A stretch of 64,000 bases of DNA from Octopus sinensis (lineage: Eukaryota). How positions within the stretch are numbered: position 1 is the stretch's first letter; each line of letters starts with the position of its first letter. The DNA is taken from the NCBI RefSeq assembly GCF_006345805.1, contig NC_043014.1, positions 34,162,001 through 34,226,000 on the forward strand, given 5' to 3'. A program made the position numbers and the translations under genes. Below are positions 13,243 to 25,106 of this stretch, in pieces. The notes beneath the pieces were generated by a model. That model worked only from the letters and a program-made list of their open reading frames with translations, did not search any database and had not been told where the DNA came from.

Positions 13243-13332
13243 AACTACGTACGTTTCATGGCTACAATTAAATTCGAATTACAATTAATAAATTAATAAA
13301 TTCGATTTAAAATTATAGTCAATCTTCAGGTT
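13243..13332 (-). ncRNA. Type I hammerhead ribozyme motif in a Penelope pLTR-like repeat (13110-13340)
   Basis: Minus strand: aac CTGAAGA t tgactataatt...aattgtagcca t GAAA C gtac G TA gtt. Intact core, ~11-bp stem II, palindromic stem III, GUA triplet, 3-bp stem I. Confidence 0.65.
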
Positions 13333-14299
13333 AATGATAATAGTTAAATAAATAAGCAAATAGAGTTAAACAATATTCGTTTTTAAAATAAATAAAATAA
13401 TTATTATTCTTATAGAAAAAACTCCATTAACTAAATTTGAAACTTATAATAGATTTAATTATTATTATACTTATAATTTTGTACGAATGATGTGTTCTTG
13501 AGAGTTAGGCGTTTGTATACAAACCCTAAAACCCCGTATGCAACGTCCTGTTTATTCGTGAATGTGATAATTTATAAATTTATTACTATATTAATTTATC
13601 ATTTAGATGTCTTAAATCAAGCTTCTAAGTTTTCAAACCCATCCCCATTTGACGACTGTCTCATCCTCTCTTCTCATTCAGTTTAAAGATGCACGAGCCC
13701 TACTACCTAGCTCCTGCTATATAAGACAAGCTAAGTGATCTATTCTTCTCTTAGTTTTAACCTATTCTCTTAACATCGTTTTAAAAATATTTTAAGCCAA
13801 AAGACGAGTTCTGTAATGATTCTATTGCAGAGCAAAAGTGAATGACAAATGACGGTATTAGAGTTTTCGCCCTTATATTAGTTTCTTCTCTTTCTTCAAA
13901 ATGAATGTTAAAATGTTAGTATGATTCTTGTGATATCGTGCGTTTCAGGACTGACTGACTGAGGCAGTTTCGTGTGGTAGTGTCTTACAGGAAGTTAATT
14001 GTTAACAAGTTGTTTACATTATGTGTTTCGGGCAGAATAATAGTTGTTTTTTGTTTTTTTTTTAGTTACGTTTCATCTATATTTTATAGACGATCTTATT
14101 GCCCTAAAATCGTAAAATATTTCATGGAACCCTTCCGGGTAGATTTGTACGAATTAAAATGCCATAAATAAATAAATGTGTGTGTGTGTGTGTGGTGTGT
14201 GTGTGTGTGTGTGTGGTGTGTGTGTGTGTGTGCGTGCGTGCGTACGTGTGCGTGTGCTTGCATGCATGTATAATTTGGCTCTTTGCTGTATGATTTCAG

Positions 14300-14571
14300 A
14301 GGTTTCAAACTTACGAAAGCTGCCAATGGAATTTGTTCCAATGCACACGACATGTCTACATGGATTAATATGCACCTGATGAAAGGCGTCTCCCATGAAA
14401 CTACAAGGACAAACATACGATCAGAAATTTTAAACGAGATTAACCGAACAGGCATCAATCGAATCAACGATGCTTTCAACTTGGTTAAGAACACATTTTT
14501 AAATCCAGCAATTTTGGTCAGTCTCGGTCGATACGGCTACGGAACGAAATGGGAATCTGGACTTTATAGAG
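14300..14571 (+). CDS. Beta-lactamase-like protein, next coding exon
   Basis: tttcAG acceptor joins in phase 2; AANGICSNAHDMSTW (AGG.S..DM..W motif) ..GYGTKW..YR; G|GTAACT donor. Confidence 0.85.
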
Positions 14572-14719
14572 GTAACTTCACCGGTCATTCTAACTTTATT
14601 CTAAATACTATTGCATCGGTTGTGAAACAAACAAAATACTGCTTCTAATATTATTACTAATAATTGTTTCTGGCATATTGCACATAGCGTGAAATTTGGG
14701 GAAGGAATTCGTTTATATA

Positions 14720-15130
14720 GGCGCAGGAGTGGCTGTGTGGTAAGTAGCTTGCTAACCAACCACATGGTTCCGGGTTCAGTCCCACTGCATGGCATCTTGG
14801 GCAAGTGTCTTCTACTATAGCCCCGGGCCGACCAAATCCTTGTAAGTGGATTTGGTAGACGGAAACTGAAAGAAGCCTGTCGTATTTATGTATATATATA
14901 TATATATATATATATGGGGGGGGTTGTGTGTCTGTGTTTGTCTCCCTAGCATTGCTTGACAACCGATGCTGGTGTGTTTACGTACCCGTCACTTAGCGGT
15001 TCGGCAAAAGAGACCGATAGAATAAGTACTGGGCTTACAAAGAATAAGTCCCGGGGTCGATTTGATCGACTAAAGGCGGTGCTCCAGCATGGCCGCAGTC
15101 AAATGACTGAAACAAGTAAAAGAATAAGAG
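14720..15130 (+). mobile_element. Near full-length family-B SINE
   Basis: 'ggcgcaggagtggctgtgtggtaag..ggttccgggttcagtccc..cttgggcaagtgtctt' through to tail 'ggcggtgctccagcatggccgcagtcaaatgactgaaacaagtaaaag'. Confidence 0.85.
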
Positions 15131-15627
15131 TATACGATCGACTAGTATTTAACTGGTATTTATCTTCTCAACATCAAAGAGATGGAGCGTCAACCTTGTT
15201 GAGGTATGAACTTAGAAAATAAAGGGCGGAAACTAAATTCTACAAGTCATTTAGTACGTTGCACTACCGATTATGACATTAGACTACATTTACATAATTT
15301 ATGTGTACTATGCCAGTCCACATTCTTTACAAAAAATGACTGACATCACAGCAAACGAGCCTACGAGGGCGTCCTATACGTGGTCTCTTGTTTTGCTAGA
15401 AACAGCACTTGATACTCTCTAAAAAATCAAACTTTGCTGAAAGATAAGTAATAACCCTTTCTACTAAAGACACAAGGCTTGAAATTTTAGGGGAGGAGGA
15501 GACTAGTCAATTATTCGACCAAAGTGTTTCCCTGGTTCTTAATTTATCCACCCCGAAAGGGATGGAAGGCAAAGTCAACCTCGGTGACTTTCGTTGCTCT
15601 ACTGCTATGGGAAGTGGTTCAGGGGCA

Positions 15628-15943
15628 TAGTAACTATAGTTGTATTTAACCACAGGTCAGCGCCGATGTAGCAAATCTGACGTTCTAACTGCGACCATTC
15701 CGTCTTTAATTCTGAAATTCTTCTTCTTTCTCGCCCTTTTCAAGCCGAGCCAGGCTCATGGCCCGGTTTCCCGGTTTATGTGGCGTATGTGTTCCCCCCA
15801 GCTGGACGGGATGCCAGTCCATCGCAGCGTTACTCAAGAAACAGGAAGAGAGAGTGAGGGAAAGTTGAAGCGAAAGAGTACAATAGGGGTCGCCACCCAA
15901 CCCCTGTCGGAGCCTCGTGGAGCTTTTAGGTGTTTTCGCTCAA
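15628..15943 (-). repeat. Inverted duplicate of 16341-16653 inserted inside a family-A SINE
   Basis: Reverse complement of the SINE-C 3' part plus its downstream flank; the host SINE breaks at 'ctcgg' (~15585) and resumes at 'tcggcagaatttgaac' (15951). Confidence 0.85.
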
Positions 15944-16261
15944 AATTTTTTCGGCAGAATTTGAACTCAGAACGTATAGATGGACGAAATGCCGCAAAGC
16001 ATTTTGCCCGACGTGCTGACGATTCTGCCAGCTCGCCACCTTGAAAGAGAAGTAATAATGATGCATTATATGATAGAATCCTTATTACATGATTTCTGGA
16101 AAAAAAAAAGGATTGGATGGTTACAACTGGAACGTTTTTGATCAAAAGATCGGGGCTGTGGCTAACCTGGTGGTAAGCGACAACAAATATAACCACTAAT
16201 ACTAACTTTGTATACTATATACATTATATTATATAGTTATACTACACTATGTCAGAATTAA

Positions 16262-16564
16262 GTGGAGGCGCAATGGCCCAGTGGACTCGCGGTCGGAGGA
16301 TCGCGGTTTCGATTCACAGACCGGGCGTTGTGTGTGTTTATTGAGCGATAACACCTAAAAGCTCCACGAGGCTCCGGCAGGGGTGGGGTGGCGACCCCTA
16401 TTGTACTCTTTCGCTCCAACTTTCCCTCACTCTCTCTTCCTGTTTCTTGAGTAATGCTGCGATGGACTGGCGTCCCGTCCAGCTGGAGGGGAACACATAC
16501 ACCACAGAAACCGGGCCATGAGCCTGGCTAGGCTTGAAAAGGGCGAGAAACAAGAAGAATAATT
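16262..16564 (+). mobile_element. Family-C tRNA-derived SINE with target-site duplication TCAGAATTAA
   Basis: Head 'gtggaggcgcaatggcccagtgg..gtttcgattc', (AAG)-type tail, identical 10-mer on both sides; related copy at 56617-57000. Confidence 0.8.
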
Positions 16565-16761
16565 TCAGAATTAAAGACGGAATGGTCACAGTTAGAACGT
16601 CAGATCTGCTATATCGGCGCTGACCTGTGGTTAAATAACAACTATAGTTACTAATGTTATATATATATATAACTTCCGGTCTTTCAATATGTGACCTCGT
16701 GAGTACCGCCAGCGATTTTTTTTCCTCTGTCTTCCCTTCTCGGGATCTTTCCTTCTCCTAT

Positions 16762-16796
16762 GTTTCCGACGAAGAGCTCCGCTCGAAACGTTAAAC
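16762..16796 (+). ncRNA. Minimal type I hammerhead-like motif (U4C core variant) in a ~225-bp TA-flanked unit
   Basis: GTTT CCGACGA a GAGC tcc GCTC GAAA CG TT AAAC: stem I GTTT/AAAC, stem II GAGC/GCTC, palindromic ACGT stem III. Confidence 0.55.
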
Positions 16797-17403
16797 CCTC
16801 CTTCTTCCCTTCTTTCCTGAGCGTCCAATAATACTTTATTTTTTCCACGTCCTCGCGTTGCTGTGTTTTTTTTTGTGTTTTCTTGTTTGGATTAACTATA
16901 TATATATATATATATATATTCTTTAAGTTCCTTTATGGGTAATGTTTTTAAGTAGCTCATGAAAAGCTCCTGTGCTATTTTTTCCGGCTAACGCTTATTA
17001 TTCCCATCTTCCATGGTAATTTCATGGCATAGTTAATTAGTCCGGTGCCGCTATAGCGTAGGATAAATAAAATAGTAACGAGAACCTTTAGATGGAAATT
17101 CATAAATATTTTAATGCATTGCTACGTACGCTACCACAAAGTACACATATATACAGTAGACTTCCACTAATCAGGCAATCTGTAATCCGGAAAAATCAGT
17201 AATCCGGCACTAATTCCGGTTCGAAAAATTTCAGAAAATTTCAAATTTCCCGGCTCGCCGCTACGATTTGTTGGCGTTACTTGCTGCATAAACACACTCG
17301 CATCATTTGTAGACAAAGCAGACCTTTCCTTTTTGGGGGGTTTTTTGGGTTTTTTTTTCATTTATTATACTTTTTTCACTTTTCGCTCATGGTTCCAAAG
17401 AGG

Positions 17404-17439
17404 GTTTTTAACGTTTCGAGCCCAGCTCTTCGTCGGAAT
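17404..17439 (-). ncRNA. Second minimal hammerhead-like motif, opposite strand
   Basis: Minus strand: att CCGACGA a GAGC tgg GCTC GAAA CG TT aaaa. Core and stem II match the 16762 copy; the loop differs and stem I is weak. Confidence 0.5.
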
Positions 17440-18824
17440 GGAAAACAGAAAAGTCTAAAGAGGTGGGGGTAATCACCGGCAGCACATGTGTAGTTACATT
17501 GCTGATATATATGTGTATTAATGTATTAATCATCAATGTCCTCTCACAAAAACAACACTCAGTGTATTGAATATAAAGTTAACTTATATAATGGCAATTC
17601 CATAAACTTAAAATTGCTACAGTCAGTTTCAAACCGGATGGAAATAAACTCGACCTTCATGAAACTGGTTCGATAAGATCTGTAGATTTCGTCTTTTGTT
17701 ACGAATAAAACAAATTATTCTCAACTTCTGTTAGTAGCATTCTCTGAGCATTTTTTAAACATATTTTAGCTATGAAAATTGCCATTAAGGAGCACTAGAA
17801 CAACTCAGAACAGTTAACTTCTTTGTTTGTTTGGGGTTTTTATCAAAATTTTCGACAGACCTGACTTGACTACAGCAACTAAAAGTAAAAATTCTTTAAA
17901 AATAAAATCTTATCTAGTGAACCCGAAGACAGACTTTCATCGAACGCTTAATTTTTGCTTCCTCGTTCTTTTCTTTCTATTTATAATTGAAGTGTGGCAT
18001 ATTTAGTGTTAATTGACCTTGTTTTTCACTTCTCCCTTGTGTTTTAATTTTATTTGTACTTTACAACCATTTATATATCTTAAGCATGCTTTACATGTCT
18101 TGCATTCCATTTCCAAAATTCCACTTAAACACACACACACACACTTACATATATATATACTTAAATCTTTTTGATACGACTCTACTCTATACTGTTTTTC
18201 TCCCCCATCGTTTTCTCTCTCATCCATCTCTACTTCCCTTTTTTCTCCCCTTCACTGTTTTCTATCTATCTGTCTCTCTCTACCCTCTTTCTCCAGTTCT
18301 CTCTCGTTGATCACACGTAACCATCGTCCATCTTTCTTTTCCTCACGTGCTTATCTTTTTTTACTTTCAGGACTGTCCTAAGGACTGGACGTATCCTATC
18401 TCTCTCTCTCCCATCCTTTCTCTTACCAAAGAAAATATTTCTCCAGCGTTCGCTATTTTACCCTCGTTCTGGTCTAACAACCCTCCATGTTTGTTTTCGT
18501 TCGGTTTCCTTGTATGTCTCCACTGTCCTGTTTTTGTTCTCAACTTTGACCCTCCATAAATCCAAAATTTTATTTTAGTATTTATGGGAGCATAAAGACT
18601 CATATTGTCGTTCAATGCTCGAAATAAGGAGTCGATAGACAGCCGACAACTGATGAAGGGTCGTTCTTTATGTTACTTGTCCTGTTTTCCATTTCTTTCT
18701 CTCGTTGTTTGCGTATTGTACTCATTTGTTTTCGTATTTCATGTTGTTTACTGCTAGTGACGTCCTGTACCCATATATGCGCATGAATATATATATGTAT
18801 ATTATTTATATATATATATATATC

Positions 18825-18870
<46 letters not shown>

Positions 18871-19181
18871 TATATATATATATTATTTATATATATATAT
18901 ATTATTTATATATATATATATTATTTATATATATATATAATAAATATAATAAATAATATATATATATATATATTATATATTATTTATTATATACATATAT
19001 ATATTATTTATTATGTATATATATACATAAAACTGTCAAAATGCTATCTTTAAAATAGCACCTGCTTGTGCACGCGCACGCACACACAAATACACACACA
19101 TACATACATACATACATACATACATACACACATACGTACATACATGCATGGATACATATGTGTGTCTGTAGATATATATAT

Positions 19182-19248
<67 letters not shown>

Positions 19249-19271
19249 ATTCCTTATGTATTCAACAACAG

Positions 19272-19559
19272 GCCTTGAAATGCGCACACACAGTGGTTCC
19301 ATCCCGGGTTACGAATCGATGATGTCAATTCTGCCTGATCAGAAAGTGGGTGTTTTCCTCACCATGACTGGTATAGGAGGCAGCAAAGCTACTGTTATCA
19401 AATCACTCTTCAATATGTTTGTCCTTGATCTCCTCCTGGGAAAGCCTGCACGGATTGACTACACCAACGTCTGTCTTATGCTCGATGATTTAGTGGCTCA
19501 TCTGGAGCGGCAATCTTATCAAAGCCGACCCAACTTTAAACCACGTATCTGGAAAGGAG
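19272..19559 (+). CDS. Beta-lactamase-like protein, exon with HxG motif
   Basis: acAG acceptor (phase 1); MRTHSGSIPGYESMMSILPDQKVGVF matches H(T/S)G..PGY.S....P...GV; G|GTAACT donor. Confidence 0.85.
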
Positions 19560-19631
19560 GTAACTATTCAAAATACCTTTTTTTTAATTTTATCTGAGAT
19601 ACGCCATAAATGTAATCACATTTTTCGTGTA

Positions 19632-20153
19632 CCGTAAATCCTCGAATATAATCCGCATTTTTCCCCCAAAATTTAAAAGTCAAAATCCTTAGTGCGTACT
19701 ATATACGAGGTTAAAAATGAGAAATATTTTCTAAGCAATGCCTGAGCCTCTATTTGCTGTCCGGCAATGCTTATTCAGACGCATTTTGTGATGTCGGGTG
19801 CGAAAATACCTTAAGCTAAGCCTGAAAGCAATGAAGTCTTAAAAGAATCATCCATACCGTGCAGTAAGCAACATTTATTAAAATAGAAGTATTCAGAACA
19901 CAGAATAACATATAACAAAACCAATTTGCAAACATATTTACATTCCCATATAACAGTTAAGAACATCATCATTATTGTATTACGCATGCGCGGAAGTGTT
20001 TGTTCGACTAGGTGCTGCTGGCTTAATTACGCACGACTCAAGTTAGAGAAGGGGTACGTATTATACACAAGGTTTAGGTTTTTCAGTGGTACAACCTCCT
20101 AAAAATCCCCGGCGTATTATACTCAAGGGCGGACTATACTCGAGGATTTGCGG
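19632..20153. mobile_element. Tc1/mariner-superfamily (Tc2/pogo-like) MITE, 522 bp
   Basis: TA|CCGTAAATCCTCGAATATAATCCGC ... GCGGACTATACTCGAGGATTTGCGG|TA: ~25-bp TIRs, TA duplication, subterminal repeats. Confidence 0.85.
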
Positions 20154-20236
20154 TAATTTGTATGTAACACTACACATACTTCGGTTCCATTTCTCGGTCG
20201 TGTTGGGTCGCTTATATGCACAACACACACACACAT

Positions 20237-20269
<33 letters not shown>

Positions 20270-20879
20270 TACACGCACGCACACATACGTGTGTGTATGT
20301 ATGTATATATATATATACATATATATATAGAGAGAGAGAGATGGTGGAGGAGAGTCAACAGATGAGATACAGGGATTCTCAGTATAAAAAATACATTGAA
20401 GCGCTCAAATGATTTGGACTTACACTCCGAAACCTTTGCCAAGGACCAAGTCCGCGAGATAAATAGTGGCTGTAAAAGGAATCCAGGTGAGCTGACATGG
20501 AGATGCAAATAAACTAGTTAAATGAAGGTTACATTGTCGTGAAGGCAACTCAAGTTACCTCACCGGAGATGTAATTACATCCATACATACGTATATAGAT
20601 GTAGTTACATAGTTACAAATATAGTTACATAGATGTACATACATACACATATACACACACACACATACATACATACATACATACATACATACATACATAC
20701 ATACTACATACATACATACATACATACATACATAATGGCTGCAACCTTGTATTCGAATATTGCCTTCGCCTGATCGAAAGTCCCACATATGCAAAGGCTA
20801 CGACCAGCCATTTTTGTGATTGGTCTCGCTTTTTTTTTCCAAACGATTCCTGTGCATGATTTTTTTTTTTTTATATGCC

Positions 20880-21235
20880 AGGTCGCTCTTGGGCACTACT
20901 GGTAACATGTAACCCAGTACAACCTGTTGCATGGTCGAGTCGTCGGTGACTAAACTGGGAACCTCATCAAGCTTGTTTGGTGAGGAGGGTGATTGTTGGA
21001 CACCCTGTGGACGAAAAACAAGACCTGTCAAAGGACGGAAGAGCTCATGAGCAGTCAACAGCCATCCAACAATGTGTACATGTGTGTGAATGCATATATG
21101 TATGCACGTGGACGTGGAAATACCTGGGTTGGTGTCCAGGTACGCGGTTGGCCCACTGGGAGCGGGAGGCCCTTCTATTGTTGTCACAACATCTCTCTAG
21201 GAGAGGGAAACTCTGAGAGATAACCTACGACACTG
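20880..21235 (+). repeat. RTE 5'UTR-like repeat, best-preserved copy
   Basis: Ends in 'ctctaggagagggaaactctgagagataacc', resembling the CTAGGAGAAGGAAAACTCTG-type motif of RTE 5'UTRs; three copies in the window. Confidence 0.55.
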
Positions 21236-21244
21236 CTAATATTC

Positions 21245-21321
<77 letters not shown>

Positions 21322-21336
21322 GATATATATGTATAT

Positions 21337-21412
<76 letters not shown>

Positions 21413-21852
21413 CATATATACATATATATATACATATATAAATACTAGCTCTTCTTTTCGAGTTTATATTGTTCATGTTCAGAGAGTGGGATTAGATTTG
21501 TGCAAATGCTTTCCCCTCGATAAAAAAAAATCAGATACATCCTTATATATATATACATACATACTTGCATACATACATACATACATATTAGCTACGAAAT
21601 CGGTATTTGTTCAGAATAGTGATATGCATATCTTACTTAACGTAAGTATTCACCTTGAGAAGGTTTCTCGTATAGACCTATAGTGCTAAAAAGCTCAGAA
21701 GTATCTGTAGCAGACGAAAAGCGTCCGACGTTTATCATCAGCTAACTGAATGTAGCTTTTCTTACAGTATATCCAAGATACACAGACTTCCATACATACA
21801 TACATACATACATACATACATACATACATACATACATACATACATACATACA

Positions 21853-22350
21853 TTATGGCTGCCCCCTCGTTATCGAGTATGGTCATTTCACTAAGCTTAA
21901 CTGTTACTGGTGCTGTGATCGAATGTGACTTTTTAGCCCAGCTAAAGATCTACAATGTCTTGTACAGAATTGGCAACTAAAACCTTTACCGGTAATAGCT
22001 GGCTGTAGTTGTAACTGGGCTTCATGTACCTTTGCATGTCGTTTAAGTCCTCCTGTCGAATTACACTCTCTTCCACATGCCCGACAGATATGATTACTGT
22101 GGTGTGTTACACCACCACCAGTGGCCAGGTTGTCACTCACCTATCTCGCTTTATGACTACGAAGATGACTCGTGAGTCCAGCTTTACTGAGTTAGGGTCT
22201 TGCACAGACACTGCATGTCAGCATCAAAGGAAGACTCTTCCCATCTGAAAGTGTAACAGCGATGCCCTTCCTGACATCCCTCCTTACTTTCTCATGTGCA
22301 ACTCGAGATTTCTCAAAAGTGGCTGTCCCCTCGTACACAACCCTTCTCAA
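21853..22350 (-). mobile_element. 3' end of an RTE-type LINE with C2H2 zinc fingers, inside (CATA)n
   Basis: RRVVYEGTATFE..CSVC / CRAC..GLKRHAKVH / CQFC..GLKSHIRSQH; ends 'gcagccataatgtatgtatg'. A similar terminus lies at ~20735-20810. Confidence 0.75.
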
Positions 22351-22374
22351 TACATACATACATACATACATACA

Positions 22375-22405
<31 letters not shown>

Positions 22406-23161
22406 CATGAATTCTCCCGTCATTAGACGATGCATGAGGGTTCTACAATTTCTTGCTAAACTACCACACACATGATTTATTTGCAGTGGTCAAATGTTTG
22501 TGCTCGCACAAGCTCACTCACTCCATCAAATCGACATTACCTGTACAGGTGAACGATGTGCCACATGTCAGATGACGAAGTGATCGCAGACTCAATTCGT
22601 ACTTATTTTGTCAACCCTGAAAGATGAAAGGCAAAGTCGACCTCGGCAGAATTTACATTCAGAACTAAAAGACCGACCAAATGCCTCTGAGCATTTTGCC
22701 CGGTGTACTTAACGGTTCTCGTCGCCTATTATGAGTATATATTAACACCAAATAAAAGGAGACATTTGACCTTTAAGCTATTAACTCAGTTATAAAACTG
22801 TTTGGTTTGCTGTTGTTCTATTAAACAGCGTAATGTATGTTTGATTACCCTTCCGACGCTTCATACATTTAACTTGTCTTTCGACACAACTTGGCCTGCC
22901 GGCGTCCTATAACGCGCTTGAGCCAGAAACATGTGCCCACAACTGTCTTATGTCTCCAGATAATCGGTTGATCGTTTCGTAAATGGCATATCTATTGAAA
23001 AGATTTCTCGATTCTTGAACTTATTTCCCACTTCAGTCTAAGAGATAGCCGCATTTGCCGCCAAGCATTTCAGTTTACCTTCTTTCGAAGTTAACACAAT
23101 TATTATCAAGAATTATTTTGCATGGTATTTGGTATACCGTTATCCGTTTTTGCTTGGTGTG

Positions 23162-23215
<54 letters not shown>

Positions 23216-23271
23216 TATAGATAGATAGATACAGAGAGACATACACAGACACACATAACACACATATCGAC

Positions 23272-23306
<35 letters not shown>

Positions 23307-23392
23307 ATATATATATACATATACATATATATATATATACATATATACATATATATACATATATACATATATATACATATATACATATATAT

Positions 23393-23428
<36 letters not shown>

Positions 23429-24001
23429 CATATACATACATATATATATATATACATATACATATATATATATACACGCACACACATACATGTATACATA
23501 CACATAATTGTACATATATAGGCGTGCACGAGTGCGTGCGTGCGTGCATGCCAGTGTGTGCGTGTATGTATATACAATCATATAAATAAATAGATAGAAA
23601 TAAATATAATTCACAGTTAAAAACTGATCAACATTCATAGCATACGAGCGAACCGAAAACCTAAACAAGTCAGACGTCTGGATGCTAATTTAAATAAACA
23701 TATCCCTTGGGACATGTTTAGATATACATACAGACACACATACACACAAAAACAGATATGTGTTTGTATGTTCGTACGCATACGCACAAACACATGTGTA
23801 TGTATATGAATATACATGCATACATGTGCATACATATATTAAAATAAACATAGATAGATGCATACACACAAACACGTACATATGTATATTCGTGAATATA
23901 CATACATCCATGTGCATACATATATTAAAATAAACATGCATAATTCATACACACACATATATATATATTTACATATATACATATATGTATATATATATGG
24001 A

Positions 24002-24068
<67 letters not shown>

Positions 24069-24146
24069 CACACACACACACACATATATATATATATTAT
24101 ATATATATATATATACATACATATACATATATAATATATATCTGTA

Positions 24147-24182
<36 letters not shown>

Positions 24183-24279
24183 GTGTGTATATATATATAT
24201 ATATGTGTGTGTATGTGTATATATATATATATGTATGTGTATATATATATATACATGTATATTGTGCCAAATTTTGGCA

Positions 24280-24648
24280 TTGTAAGCTACACCAATGCTA
24301 GAACGGGACGACACTGCATAGTGCCAAAGATCCCAGCAATACCATCACGCTTCAGGACCAGCTTCTGCAACAGCCTGGGTTTCAAGGGCCCACAGCTTTT
24401 TAATATTCTCCCAAAGAGTCTGAGGAACTTGCACAAAGTGGATGTAGCGGTTTTTAAATCAAAGCTGGACATCTTCCTGTCAAGAGTCCCAGATGAACCT
24501 ACCTCACGGCAGGAGGTGCAAATGAGAGTAGCTATATCAAACTCCATTCTTCACCAAGTGCCACATATTAGACGAGGTATGTCATAATAACAGTGTAGCG
24601 CAAGACGGCGGTGCATCAGCATGGCCGCAGCTCTGAGCTGAAACTAGG

Positions 24649-24665
<17 letters not shown>
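24280..24665 (+). mobile_element. 3' end of a CR1/L2-group LINE with poly(A)
   Basis: RTGRHC..GPQLFNILPKSLRN..FKSKLDIFLSRVPDEP..NSILHQ, then 3'UTR 'ggcggtgcatcagcatggccgcagctctgagctgaaactagg(A)n'. Confidence 0.8.
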
Positions 24666-24727
<62 letters not shown>

Positions 24728-24745
24728 TATATATAATATATACAC

Positions 24746-24779
<34 letters not shown>

Positions 24780-24785
<6 letters not shown>

Positions 24786-25018
24786 ATTCTTTAATATTTG
24801 TAAATATAATTATAATATAAAGGATTATAATATAATGATTTTTATAATAATAAACCTAATTTTCTGAATTATGGTAAGTTTTATTTAAGTAACTATGGTC
24901 TTAATGATAATAGATATTATGATAATATAAATCATATATTAAATAATGGAACAAAAAATAAAACTATGGTTAAATTTAATTCAATTTATGATGATAATAA
25001 ATTTAATAATATTACAAA

Positions 25019-25106
<88 letters not shown>

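Noticed and set aside
17595-17685. Hammerhead-like fold on the minus strand (ctacag..aacc..ggtt GAAAC..ctgtag)
   Set aside because: No CUGANGA box and no valid NUH triplet.
18578-18660. Hammerhead candidate (GAGCAT..ATGCTC-GAAA, downstream CTGATGA)
   Set aside because: The core before stem II reads TTTATGG, and the later CTGATGA has no matching stem or GAAA; at best a decayed relic.
21904-22140. Host C2H2 zinc-finger gene
   Set aside because: Continuous with frameshifted RTE C-terminal sequence and a LINE tail.
11377-24314. Many [12 protein letters not shown] ORFs in the track
   Set aside because: Translations of (TA)n, (CA)n and (CATA)n microsatellites.
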